Part shown: positions 24,169-37,550 of the stretch, piece after piece | Layout: each line of letters starts with the position of its first letter | How positions within the stretch are numbered: the stretch's first letter is position 1 | Assembly: GCA_030704615.1 (NCBI GenBank) | Contig: CM060734.1 | Coordinates: 22,568,001 to 22,632,000 of the forward strand | Length of the DNA stretch: 64,000 bases | Direction of reading: 5' to 3' | Source: Takakia lepidozioides | Lineage: Eukaryota > Plantae > Bryophyta | Notes under the pieces: model-generated | Seen by the model: only the letters and a program-made list of their open reading frames with translations | Database searches by the model: none | Told to the model about the DNA's origin: nothing | Translations under genes and position numbers: made by a program

Positions 24169-25589
24169 TTTCCAACATAAGATTGAGTTGGAACCTGATT
24201 CTACCCGATAGAGTACACAACGTGGCTATCACCCATTGTGATAGTACCAAAGAAGAATGACAAACTGAGAGTTTGTGTTAACTACAAGAAACTGAATGAT
24301 TGCACAAAGAAGGATCCATTTCCTTTGCCATTTACAGAAGTTGTACTAGATACTGTAGCAGGCCATGAGATGTACTCATTCATGGATGGCTTTAGTGGGT
24401 ATAACCAAGTACAAGTAGCTGAAGAAGACTAGGGAAAGACTGCTTTCATCACAGACTGGGGTGCTTATACATACAAAGTCATGTCTTTGGACTATATAAT
24501 GCACCAGCAATTTTCCAGAGAATGATCAGTGAATCTTTCCATGAGTACTTGGAGGATTTTATGCAAGTATTCTTAGATGACTTCAGTGTTTACAGCTCTA
24601 AGAATGAGCATTTGCAGAAATTGCACTAGAAGAAAAACGCGGGATAACCACTCTGGTAACCACTCATTTTGAGTGGAAAAAGACACCCAACCACTGTGGC
24701 CCCAGATGGTCTAGAACCAGCGGAACTTGACTCATCAGTGGTTAAAGACAGTGGTTACGATCACTTGCCTCCGAGTCCAGTTGTTCGCTTATGTGTCACA
24801 GTGGTAAACTAACCATTTATGACGTGTCACAGTGGCCGTAAGCCAAATCACGTCTGACGTGTCACAGTGGTAAACCAACCACTTCACAACATACCACTTC
24901 CACCGTATGTGACGTGAACGCAGCCAATCCGTCGATCATACTTAGCAATCGATGGACACGTGTCCGTATTCACACGGATACGTGACCGAATCCAGTTAGA
25001 CGATTATGGGCTCTATTATCTGGACACGTGGCCATATTACAAATGTGGTTCTAATAGTATTGATGTAGTGGTTTGGTTGTGTACTAAAACCACTTACTGA
25101 GTGGTTCTACCAGTATCAATGTAGTGGTTAGGTTGTGTGCTAAAACCACTGATGGAGTGGTTCTACCAGTATTGATGTAGTGGTTAGGTTGTGTGCTAGA
25201 CCCTGACTGTAGTCATCCAGTGTGTCCCACCAAGGAAACATGTATTTGAAGTATTACTACTAGAGTGGTATGTAAGTGATTGGGGCTACATCTGGAGGAG
25301 TACAACCACTCTTGCCTATTGTCACAGTCTTACATATACCACTAACAAATGTAAGTGATTCATACATTCCCATATAATTCTCATACAATTCCCATACATT
25401 CCAAATGAATCTACAAATCCAAATACTCTTGAAGATTCACCATTCAAAAAACAGAATAGAATCCAAGACAATAAGCATTGGAACAGAGTCAACAAAATCC
25501 AACCATGATAAAGGGTGACTTACTACATCTACACTACGTCTCCGCAGGCATGCTAAGAGCCATGAACTACTTTCCTGCCTTTTGGTCAG

Positions 25590-25950
25590 TGATAGACCAT
25601 CTACCCATGCAGATTTCTTGTAGCTATTGATCCACAGGGAATCATAGGTAACCTTATGCTTGAAATCTGGCCCTCTTGGATGAATCTGGACCCACACTCT
25701 ATCTCTGCTCCTTCAGCTATCCATGCCTATGCACAAATCATGCATTCATCCTTGGCTTGCTGCTAGCAGCTGACAATGACAGCCTAGAGTTGTTCCAGCA
25801 AACACCCTAACCCTACTTATCACACTAGTTCCTATGCTCAATTGCATCTGCTACTCTCTATAATCCAACAAGCATTCACCTTCATGCCTCGATTGTCCCA
25901 CCATTGGCTGGGGTCAGAAAGGTATTCATTCCACAGCTTCTCCTCATCTC
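25590..25950 (-). pseudogene. OSB-type PDF ssDNA-binding motif split by an intron (25686-25879)
   Basis: EEKLWNEYLSDPSQWWDNRGMK | GT..AG | IHPRGPDFKHKVTYDSLWINSYKKSAWV. Confidence 0.8.
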
Positions 25951-26159
25951 TGTTACCTGTTTTTGGATACTTTCCTGTTGTCACATTGGCAGTATCACGT
26001 TAGTCACTCCAAACTATCAAAGATTCACTCAACCAGCTAACTATCAGAATTCAATATGGCCAATTCTGATAAGAGGGAAAAACAGGATGAAATGTGTTGA
26101 AGAATGTGCCTTCATTAGCAATGCCTGATTTTAATAATTGTGTTGCTGCTGCTGCAGCT

Positions 26160-27242
26160 TCCAAGCAGATCTGCTAGGGGCCAGACTGCAACCCCCTTAG
26201 AGACCATTATGGTTCTAGAAGCTATCATATCTTCATCACCCTACTTGTAACAAATCCACCAAGCCATAGCCCACCTAAACTAGAGAAAATGGCAAGAAGA
26301 TAGGCCCATTTGAGTACATGTACATCTGGAAACTTGAATGACAAGTGCAGATCAATTGCGGGCCAAACCAGAACCCCTTATAAATGTTTATAGATATGGA
26401 GGCTACATATCTTCATCACCCTACTTGTAACAGATCCACCAAGTCATAGCCCACCCAAACTAGAGCAGTTGGCAAGAAGATAGGCCCATTTGAGTACCTA
26501 CACGTCCGGAAACTTGAACAACAAGTGCAGATCTGTCGGGGGCCAGACCACAACCCCTTAAGAAAAACTCCAAAGCTCTGGAGGCCACCATATATTTATC
26601 ACACTAGTCGTTAGAAATGTGCCAAGCCATAGCACACCACAAATGGAGGAATTGGCAAGAAGATAGGCCCATCAAAGTAGCTGAACGTCCGGAAACTTGA
26701 ACAACAAGTGCATATCTATTGGGGGCCAGACCACAACCCCTTAAGAAAATTCAGATCTCAGTAGACCACCATAACTTGATCACACTAGTTGTTAGAAATG
26801 TGTCAAGCCATAACACACCACAATTGGAGCAATTGGCAAGAACATAGGCCCATTTGAGTACCTGAACGTCCGAAAACTTGAACAACAAGTGCAGATCTGT
26901 TGGGGGCCAGACCACAACCCCTTAAATCTCTAGAGGCCATAATATTTTTATCACACTAGTTGTGAGAAATTCTCCAAGCCATAGCACACCACAATTGGAG
27001 CAATTTGCAAGGAGATAGGCCCATCTGAATAGTCGAAAGTTGAACTACAAGTGCAGATCTGTTGGGGGCCAGACCACAACCCCTTAAGAAAATTCAGAGC
27101 TCAGGAGGCCACCATAATTTGATCACACTAGTTGTTAGAAATTTTTCAAGCCATAGCACACCACAATTGGAGCAACTGGCAAGGAGATAGGCCCATCTGA
27201 ATAGTTGAACGTCTGGAAACTTGAACTACAAGTGCAGATCTG
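26160..27242 (+). repeat. ~180-bp tandem repeat, about 6 units, inside the CACTA
   Basis: Anchor GGCCAGACCAC recurs at 26541, 26724, 26905 and 27067. Confidence 0.9.
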
Positions 27243-30125
27243 GGCATGGATAATAGCATTTTCCCTCAGGAAGAAAACCATGAGATCTTTGAGCTCAAAC
27301 TCATTGACAAAGACGAATTAGTACATGACGTGTTGAGAAATAGTGCTCCGTCCATCCCCTACCTACAACAAACAGATACTCCTGCATTAGCAGATCAAAT
27401 CATGGAGTCAAATTCACTCTGAACCTAAGACTCAGATGATAGACATGTCAGTGGGAGATGAACCTCCAAGAATGGCGAAGGTAGGAGCTCAGTTGACTCC
27501 AGAGCAGGTCCTAGAGTACCAGGTTCTATTCAAAGAATTCCGTGATATTTTTGCTTGGTCCTATACTGAACTGAAGGGGATTCCTCCATACATTGCGATG
27601 CATGCAATTCCTTAAGTTCCGCAGATACGTCCACAAAGACAGCGGGAGAGAAGAGTCAATCCAAACTTGGCCTTGCTAATCAAAACGGAAATTGAAAAAT
27701 TATTAGCTGTTGGCTGTATCTTCCCTGTTGAGACTTCAGAATGGGTGTCACCAATGGTGATCGTAAGGAAGAAAACTGGAGGCTTGCGGGTCTGTGTGGA
27801 CTTCCGTCCTTTGAACAAAGTCACTCACACGGACCATTTTCCTTTACCATTCCTCGACTCATTGGTAGAGGAAGTGGCAGGCAAAGAAATCTATTCTTTC
27901 ATGGATGGTTTCTCAGGATACAACCAAGTGTTTATTGATCCAATAGATGTGTTGAAGACGACTTTCACTTCTCCATGGGGCACTTTTGCTTATACACGCA
28001 TGCCATTCGGTCTATGCAATGCACCCCTGACTTTTCAGAGGGTGATGACCTATGCATTTTCCGATATCATTCGAAGAGACATGGCGATCTTCCTAGATGA
28101 TTTTTGTTGCCATGGAGAAGCCCACAGGCACGTCACCGCACTTCGGAATGTTTTCTCAAATGCAGAGAGACTGGTATTTCCTTGAACCCAATGAAATGTG
28201 TCTTTGCTGTTACCCATGGACTCTTGTTAGGACATATTGTGTCCAAGCATGGAATTGCTATTGACCCAGCCAAGGTCAAAGCTATTGCCCAACTTCTACC
28301 ACCGGAAACAGTTTCAAAAGTCAGGAGTTTTTTAGGCCACGTAGGGTGGTACAGGAGATTCATGGGAAACTACGCCTCAGAAGCCATTCCCTTGACCCGC
28401 TTACTAAGAAATAATCAAGTTTTCCTATGGGATATAGGATGCCAATAAGCCTTTGAGAGCCTGAAGCATAAACTAACCTCAGCACCAGTTTTGGTAGCAC
28501 TAGTCTGGGACAAACCTTTTCATGTGTATGTTGACGCTTCAGCAATTGCTGTTGGATGTGCCTTGTGTCAACCTAATATAGAAGGCCATGATCATCCCAT
28601 TGCTTTTGCCAGCCGTCAGCTTACATATGCAGAATCAAAATATAGTGCAACCGAAAGGGAAGCATTGGCTATGATTTTTGCAGTGCAAAATTATCGTCAT
28701 TACCTCTTGGAGACACCATTCACCTTCTTTGTGGATCACATGACATTGCGCTATCTGATTAACAAGCCGGATCTTATAGGTCGTATTGCTAGATGGTTGA
28801 TTTTGCTACAAGAGTTTGACTACAAAGTGGTGTACAAACCCGGAAGACTAAAGCCCAAGCAGATCATTTCTCCAGACTTTCTGAAGAACTAGGGGATGAA
28901 CCTATCAATTATGACTTTCCCGACGCATTCTTGTTCGCTATAGACACTGTTCCAGCATGGTACGAACCTATAGCACATTATTTGAGCACCCTGGAATTCC
29001 CAGAGGGCTTGAACCGTCATGAGAGGCGAAAGATCAAGGTCCAGAGTGTGAAATTTGTCCTATTGGGAGGACGGTTATACTGGAGAGGACTAGAAGGCTT
29101 TTGAGAAGATGTGTCACTATGGAAGAAGTTCCTCAGATATTGGAGGCTGCTCATGATAGCATCTGCGGTGGTCACTTTGCGGGAAGGCTCACAGCCCAGA
29201 AGGCCTTACGGGCGGGATACTATTGGCCTTCCATGTTCAAATATACTCATATGCATGTTCGTCGTTGTGACACTTGTCAAAGGTTTGCGCTCAAGGACAA
29301 TAGGCTAGGCATGCCATTGGTTCCGACGCTACCACTTGCTCCATTTGAGAAGTAGGGGATCGATTTCATTGGAGAAATCCATCCAACGTCCAGCAAACAG
29401 AATAGGTATATCATTATTGCAACCGAGTATTTGACAAAGTGGGCCGAAGCAAAGTGGTCAGGAAAGCAAATGCTTAAACCACTGCAGTTTTTATCTTTGA
29501 GTATATCCTTTCTCGATTTGGTTGCCCTCGTGAGTTGGTCAGCGACAGAGGATCGCATTTTATCAACGAAGTCATTGAAGACATGATGGCCACATTCTCT
29601 ATCAAGCACCAAACAGCAAGACTAGTGGTCAGGTGGAAATGACCAATCAGACTCTATGTAACGTTTTGGCCAAGACCATACAGACCAGTAAGAGAGACTG
29701 AGATACCAAGCTCATTTCAGCTTTGTGGGCGTTCTGTACCACGCACAAAGTTACAACCAAGAACACGCCCTTTTCATAGCGATCGATGAGAGACTCTCAG
29801 AGTCCGAGTCCTTGACGGAGCGACTTGAGTTTTTGGAAGGTCTTGATGAGACTAGACAATTCGTAGCTCAGAACATTGAGTCTGTCCAGCGTCAACGCAA
29901 GGCCCGCTTTGATAAGAGAAGGAAGAAGCGTACTTTTAAAGAAGGGGATTTGGTAATCTTGTTTGACAACAGGAATGAAAACTTCAAAACGAAATTCGAC
30001 TCTTTGTGGATGGGTCCGTATGTGGTACATGAAGTCTTCGACAATAGTTCTTTGCAGCTGGAGACCTTGAGGGGGAATTGTTTCCAAAAAGAGTAAATGG
30101 GATTCGTTGCAAACATTATAATGTG
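27243..30125 (+). pseudogene. pol: gypsy copy C pol (RT-RNaseH-IN), decayed
   Basis: LRVCVDFRPLN, FLDD, YVDASAIAVG, HDSICGGHF..CDTCQ, WMGPYVV. Confidence 0.92.
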
Positions 30126-30708
30126 TGACCAGTTCCAGAGTAAGCATATGTATGTCTTGCCCCTAATCTTTTCTAGTCAAGAGTGGACCCTGAATGGAAG
30201 AAGGGCAGTGGAATTGCACTCTTGGCCTGATTCTGGACGAAACACAGATGGAAGTGGAGTATTTTACAGGTCATCATCAGTTCAAATTCCGGAGAGGGTA
30301 ACGACGATATTTCTCTACCCTTGTATTTATTAAAATTGGTTGTTCGTTTCTTATTATTAATAATGTACAAAGTGAAAAAAAAATCTTGTGCAAGGCTTGA
30401 AAACGACATCAAGTGTTTGCATCCATATGTCACATGCATTATTGCCGATCATTTTTTTTAAATGCATGCCCAATGAGGCGCTTCAGTTCCGAATCATATC
30501 TCATATGCATATATAGTGTTTGCTGCAACAAACACTCTGTCAGTATACCGATGTTCCCTGCATGGAACACTGCGACTTCCTGAACGTGGATCTCTAACCT
30601 TGTACCCTTCCTTCCAATCTATTGTCAAGATCTCCATCCGCTGCAGTATTCCTCATGGTGAGAGAAAAATCAGAAAGGAAAAAAATGAGGGGGTAAAAGG
30701 AGAGATTT

Positions 30709-30933
30709 CGGTCAAGAAGGCCAATGCACATGTAACCGCCTCCTTCATTTATGAATACATCATTTCCCAATTTGGATGCCCCAAAGAGATAATGAGTGAC
30801 AAGGGGTCTCACTTCATCAACGACGTCATCGAAGAAATGATGGCAACATTTTCCATCAAGCATCGCAAGGCTACCCCTTACCACCCACAAACGAGTGGGC
30901 AAGTGGAACGTGCCAACCAAACCCTGTGCAACA
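30709..30933 (+). pseudogene. isolated gypsy integrase core fragment
   Basis: VKKANAHVTASFIYEYII...SDKGSHF...YHPQTSGQVERAN; close to 8455-8670. Confidence 0.85.
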
Positions 30934-31644
30934 CCCATCCACTTTCTCAAGGTACGATTACATACTGGTATTACTGGCAACAAGGAGGCAGACCTCCTAG
31001 CCCAGCTGGGGGCCTCTAAACCCTCTGTTGAACCATCGGCCGACCCCATTCACGTCGCTCATACACACCCTTTTTGGATGATCCACCTAGTACCTGACCC
31101 TCCATCATCCCGTCCAATCGGCAACCTCCTTAAAACCCTCACTAAAGAAGCCAACAAACAAGCCTCAGCCTCTCTTAGCCGTACCAAACTTCATATCCAA
31201 AAATGGACCTTCTCCAATGTCCTACACCATAAATTATCAAACCACTTCTGGAATTCCAAAGTCGCCTCCGATGCACAAATTAAACAATTAAATTTAGATA
31301 CGCCCAATATATGGGCCATCAACTCAAGCATACCTTCTGGCCAACCCTATTTCCATCCCCACACTGCCCATTCTGCTCCCACCTTAACGCTAAACGCGAT
31401 ACATGGCCTCATCTTCTCAGCGAATATCCCCACCCTGTCATCCACGGGTTGCGAATTGCCCATCATAACCACGCCGTATGGCACATCCACAAACTCCTCT
31501 TACGACATAATGCAACTAGATGGTTTACACTCATCCATGCCGGCACCTACCAGGGTCGGCTGCCAGACCATACAGTCCCTACTTGGCTCTTCCATTGTAT
31601 ATGTCATCCTCGTCCGTCTTGCACATGTCATGCTAGACTATGTC
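30934..31644 (+). mobile_element. second RLE-type LINE fragment (RNase H end, CCHC, start of RLE)
   Basis: FLKVRLHTGITGNKEADLLA; CPFC..DTWPHLLS..HHNHAVWH; homologous to 11460-12150; cut by the LTR at 31645. Confidence 0.85.
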
Positions 31645-34600
31645 TGTCACGGACATAGCCCAGAGGAACTTACCAGAAGTTACCAAGTTACCAAAAGTTA
31701 CCGTGATTTATCATGATCTACCATGATTTATCATAAGTTATCATTGGTTACCAAGTTACCGGGAGTTTACCAAATTACCGAAAGTAACTTGGGAAATTGC
31801 TCAAGAAACTTCATTTGGATGAAACTTCTCCATCAAGATACCTCCTTTGTTTAAGGAAACTTCTCCATCAAGAAACCTTTGTTTAACCTTGGAAACTTCT
31901 CCATCTTGAGAAACCTCCATTGGGGAAGCTTCTTAGGGAACTTCCTAGTAGCCAGTATATATAGGAGGCGAGACTGGACACTCTTCAGTCTCGCCAACAC
32001 AAGTTCAAGCTACTCTTGTTCCCAGTCCCAGTACTCCAGACCAGCTTCCAGTACTCTAGTCCAGTTTCTAGTATATGGTACCCCAGTCCAGTTTCTAGCA
32101 TTCTAGTATTCGAGTGGAGTTCCAGTATCTTGTACTCTTGTCCATTGTTATAAAGATCATCTTGATTCATGTTTACCTATCATGCATTTGGCCACGCCGA
32201 CCTTGACTTCTTGTCTAGTCTTGTACCTCTAGTCTGATATCTTGTTTGTGTTCAGTCATGTTCTCGTCGTTAACACTTTGGCGAGACTAAAGTTTGTTCC
32301 TTAGTTAGTTAAGATGGAAGACACATTTGCGGAAATGGTCGTCACATTGCAGAGTCTTCAGCTCCAGATGCAAGAACTTTGTACCTCTACCGCCCCAATT
32401 ACAAGCTGATTAGTCTCAAGATCTTGACAACGCTCTCCACAATTTGCAACAACAAATTTCAGAGTTAAAGGAGTCGAACAATGGATCTTCAACCATACGA
32501 GTCCCTACTGCAATAGCTCCTACTGCAACGGTTCCTCTTCAACAGATTACGAGGAAACCAAAGATCAGCATGCCCGAGAAATTTGATGGGGCGAGATCAA
32601 GATTTCGCGGTTTTGTTCAACAAGTACAACTGTTCCTACGACTACATCCACAACGCTACCCCGATGAAGGTATTCAAGTGGGATTCGTGGGCACCCTTCT
32701 ATCAGGCACTGCCCTATCTTGGTTTGCACCGCTATTAGAAAAAAATTCGCATTTACTATACAATTTTGAAGCGTTCATGTCCGAGTTCATTGCAACGATT
32801 GGAGAGAATGATAGAGAGAGTTGCAGAGACAAAGATGTGAAATCTTCGACAAGGAGTACGTCCTACTTCCGTTTATGCTGCCGAATTTCGACAACTTGCG
32901 TGCGACCTCGATTGGAATGAGAAGAGCCTCATTAGTCAGTTTCGATGTGGGCTAAAAGAGGATGTAAAATATTTGTTGCTGATAATGCCAAACGTGAGCA
33001 CACTGAGTGAATTAATCACCCAAGTCATTGCATGCGATAATCGTTTGTTCGAAACACGTCAAGAGAAGCGATCTGGATGGTCGACGATGCATCATGCCGC
33101 TGCTACTACGGCACCAAACACAACGATCCATCAGACATCCGGTAGTGATCCTATGCAGATTGATGCTGTCCGATTTAAGCCATTGATGCCATAAGAAAAA
33201 CAAAGACGGCGCTCGAATGGATTATGCCTCTATTGCGGAGAAGAATATCACATAGCATTTAACTACCCCAACTAGAGAAGGTTCAAAGCTCAGGGCGCAA
33301 CTCAAGTGTTCGATACGAGGAGGTCGGAAAACGAAGATGTCCAGTCACAATAGGGACCATGCGGCTGGACACCACAAATTCCTCACCGAAAAAATGTCTC
33401 TTTATACCTCCAGACCCTGCACCTTGCTTCACAGTTCCAGTAAAAATCAGAGTGCAAAATTGAGATATCTCTATAGAAGCACTTTTGGACTCAGGGGCTT
33501 CAGCATATTTTATTGACAAAAACTTTGCGAAACAACACAATTTAACGCTCGTAAAGAATAAACTCTTGGCCCCCGTTGAAGTCATCGATGGACGACCGTT
33601 AGCATCAGGAGATGTTGAAACTCGACCACTTGAAGTGAAGCTTAAAGATCAAGCATCACATATTGTTTTCAACGTCATCCAGTCTCCAACGAATCCTGTG
33701 ATCCTTGGACTTTCCTGGTTCGTATTTCACAATCCTGACATCGACTGGCGATCGCGAAAAATTTCTGCAAGACAAAAATGTAGAAATATCAAAGGTATTC
33801 AACCCATGTTCCTTGGAGCTAGAGCTTTCATGAGAGCTACCAAAAATGATGCGGCATTTGCACTTTGTGCGACTCTGATCAAGACCACAACAGACAAAAG
33901 TACTTCAACATTACCCACTCAATATCAAGATTTCAAAGATGTTTTCGAGAAAAAAAATGCAAACATATTGCCAGAACATCGACCTTATGACTGTGCAATT
34001 GAGTTACAAGAAGGAGCCCAACCACCATTCGGCCCAATCTATAACTTATCCCAAACGGAGTTGGCTGTATTACGTGAATATATTGATGAAAATTTGTCGA
34101 AGCACTTCATCCGACATTCAAAATCACCTGCGGGGGCGCCTATCTTGTTTGTAAAAAAGAAGGACGGATCATTACGCATGTGTGTAGACTATCACGGTCT
34201 CTACAAAGTCACAATTAAGAATCGTTATCTGTTGCCGCTGATTTCTGGGCTTATCGACTAGCTGAAACGAGCGAAGATTTTCACCAAAATTGACTTGAGA
34301 TGAGCTTATAACCTTGTACGGATAAAATAAAGAGACGAATGGAAAACAACTTTTCGAACAATGTATGGACATTTCGAATACAGTGTTATGCCTTTCGGTC
34401 TTACAAATGCTCCAGCAATTTTTCAACATATGATTGAATGACATCTTTCGAGAATTTTTAGATGACTTTGTAGTCATCTATTTGGTCGACATTTTGATAT
34501 TTTCACAGAATGAAGAAGAACATGGCCGCCATGTACGCCTTGTCCTTGATAAATTAAGAGAAATAAGACTATATGCCAAGTTGGAAAAATGGTTTTTCCA

Positions 34601-37550
34601 TCAATCTGAGGTTGAATTTCTGGGCTACATTATTTCCGACAAAGGCGTCTTTATGGATCAGAAGAAAATATAATCCATCATCGAGTGGATTAAACCAACT
34701 TCGGTCCGAGATGTACAATGTTTTCTGGGATTTGCAAATTTCTATAGAATCTTCATCAAGGACTACTCCAAAATTGCTGCACCATTGACATGACTCACAG
34801 GGAAGGACAAATTTGTATGGGACGAGAAGGCTAACCAAGCATTTGAAAGGCTGAAGCAGGCATTTACAACGGCTCCAATACTGGTACATGCAGACCCATC
34901 TAAACCATTCTTTTTGGAAGCAGATGCATCGGACTTTGCACTTGGCACTATACTCTTTCAATACAGGTATGGATGGCCGACTTCACCCTGTTGGTTTTCG
35001 TTCTCGCAAATTTTCCGCTGCAGAGATCAATTATGAAATCCATGACAAAGAACTTCTAGCGACCATCGATGCTTTTGAGGAGTGGCGTCATCTATTTGAG
35101 GGAGCTCAACTTCAGGTCACTGTCTATACCGATCATAAAAACCTCGAATATTTTATGAGTGCTCGTGTTTTGAATCGACGTCAAGCAAGATGGGGTATGT
35201 CACTAGCAAGGTTTGATTTTGTTATTACCTATCGTCCCGGGCATCTTCAAGGGAAACTCGATGCTCTTTCTCCACGATCGTATCTTGCGCCGAAAAAAAG
35301 GAGACAACTTTCGACCAACAGAAATCCATCATCCTAAAACCAGCAAATCTCCAATTGAATATGCTATCCATGTCCACCTATGACGATGCAGAGATCATAA
35401 AGAAGATTCGGGAAGCAATGAAGAGCGACCAATTTGCTACGACACTACGAAGTCAACTAAATTGACCTCGAGACAACCCACATGTTACAAACGACTTCGA
35501 ATTCAAAGATGACTTACTTTATTTCAAGGGACTTCTCTATGTACCTCCAGGACCTACAAGACTTCAAATTCTTCAAACATGTCATGATCTTCCGGCTATA
35601 GGACATTTCGGCTTCAACCAAACAATGGAATTGATATCCAAGGACTATTGGTGGCCGTAGATGTGGAAACTCGTGAAAGAATTTATAAAATCTTGTGACA
35701 CGTGTGCTAGGGCGAAGGGAACAAAACATCGACCTTACGGCCTTCTTCAACCATTACCCATTCCCAAAGATCCATGGTCGTCCGTGTCTATGGATTTTAT
35801 TACGGACCTTCCAATTTCCAAGACCACCGACTCAATCCTTGTTATTGTGGATCATTTTACAAAGATGGCACATTTCATTCCATGTAATAAGACGGTTACA
35901 GGCGAGGAAACTGCAAGACTCTTCCTCAATAATATCTACCGCATTCATGGACTCCTGAAGGACATCGTATCTGATCGAGGACCACAGTTCATATCAAATT
36001 TCTGGAGGGGATTATTTCACATATTGGATACTAAGATCAACCTCTCTACAGCTAATCATCCATAGACTGATGGTCAAACCGAACGCGTAAACCAGATTTT
36101 GGAGTAGTATCTTCATTATACGATAAATTATCACCAAGACAATTGGACGGACCTTCTGCCCTTGGCTGAGTTTGCCTACAACAACACTATACATTCTTCG
36201 ATTAAGCAAACTTCATTTTTCTACAATTATGGTCATTATCCTCAAGCCAACCCTTTCCACATGAAGACTGTTGGAAGCCCTGCTGAAGAAAATCTTGCTA
36301 CTCATCTTGCTACGATTCACAAGGAGCTTACATTCCACCTAGCAGAAGCTCAAAAACAATACAAGGAGTATGCAGATCAACATCGACAATTTCAACCCTA
36401 GTTCAAGGTCGGAGATCGTGTGTGGCTTCTTCGACGAGACATACAAACCTCGCGACCATCACGAAAGTTGGATTATCAACGCCTATGACCATTCAAAATT
36501 ATTCGACAAATAAATCCAGTCAGTTTTCGGCTTGAACTCCCACGAAGTATGCGCATCCATCCAGTCTTTCATGTTTCATTATTAGAGTTGTATCATCCAT
36601 CGAATATTTCAGGGAGAGTTTCCGTACCACCTCCACCAATCGAAGTCAATCAGCAAATCGAGTATGAAGTCGACGAAGTCCTAGACTCTCGCATCAAGTA
36701 TAAACGTCTTGAGTATTTCGTACATTGGAAAGGCTACGACATCAACAAACGAATGTGGGAACCTTCATCCAACCTCACTAATGCATCTGACAAAGTCCAA
36801 GAGTTTTCATCAACGATATCCAGCTAAGCCCCGAGCTACATGTCAATAAGATGTCACAACGATGATGTCAGCCAAGTTAGCTTCAAGGTGAAGACTCCAC
36901 ATTAAGTGTACCTGATACATGTTAAGGAGAGAGGAGCACCACACATCAGTATATATAGCTACACTTCCAACACTCTTGCATCTTGTATTGGCAACATGGA
37001 GTCACAGGAACCAGATACATTGGAGCTGTTGCTTACCCAACTACCAGATCAGCCGTTCCGACTCTCACGACCTTCAACATCACGCCGACGCTCTCAAGAC
37101 GATGAGCCACCAATGCGACGCGTACTTCCTTGTCTGGACCCCGTACGACGGCAAGTGGGGCCTACTCAAAGTCTGATAATCTTGTTGGAGGTTGAGGCTT
37201 CGAACCCAGAGGGCAACGAAATCATGTTTGAAGGCAGCTTCGAAAATCAGAATGCTCAAATCACTGCGTGATCCCAAGTTCAAGGTGTTGGACACTATCG
37301 ATGGTTGCAGGGACCTATAAATCATTTGAGCCAAGAACGAAGAGCCGAATACTTGGCAAGTATCATTCGCCAAATTTTGGATTTTCTCCAACTCTAAGCA
37401 AGTCCAAGATTTTACCGCTCCTCGAGGAACTCAGCGCTAGAGGAGGGGGTGATGTCACGGACATAGCCTAGAGGAACTTACTAGAAGTTACCAAGTTACC
37501 ATGTTACCGAAAGTTACTGTGATTTACCATGATCTACCATGATTTACCAT
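31645..37550 (+). mobile_element. chromoviral Ty3/gypsy (Tcn1/Tf1-like), near full length; 3' LTR truncated
   Basis: 5' LTR TGTCACGG...TTAACA (31645-32275); gag PEKFDG; PR LDSGAS; RT; RH; IN; chromodomain [16 protein letters not shown]; PPT AGAGGAGGGGG; 3' LTR 37453-37550. Confidence 0.93.
32278..32291 (+). promoter_or_regulatory. self-priming type primer binding site
   Basis: TTGGCGAGACTAAA is complementary (13/14) to LTR 31984-31997, which lies ~25 bp after TATATATA. Confidence 0.75.

Larger units (their letters stand above)
21587..24623 (+). mobile_element. gypsy copy B, 5' part (putative LTR 21587-21896, 5' extra ORF, gag start, RT N-terminal half)
   Basis: Starts TGTTAG; RT KLRVCVNYKKLN...MDGFSGYNQ...FLDD...EHLQKL, cut by the CACTA; continues at 44035 on the minus strand. 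Confidence 0.7.
24624..27242 (+). mobile_element. CACTA (EnSpm) non-autonomous element, left arm
   Basis: TIR CACTAGAAGAAAAACGCGGGATAACCACT; dense AACCACT/AGTGGTT subterminal repeats; TSD TTG at 24621-24623. Confidence 0.88.

Noticed and set aside
25040-25200. CRISPR-like array (45-bp periodicity)
   Set aside because: Plain tandem subterminal repeats of the CACTA, with no unique spacers and a eukaryotic context.
33320-33335. Programmed -1 frameshift site at the gag/pol boundary (GGAAAAC)
   Set aside because: Not a perfect slippery heptamer, and the element is too decayed to distinguish it from mutation.
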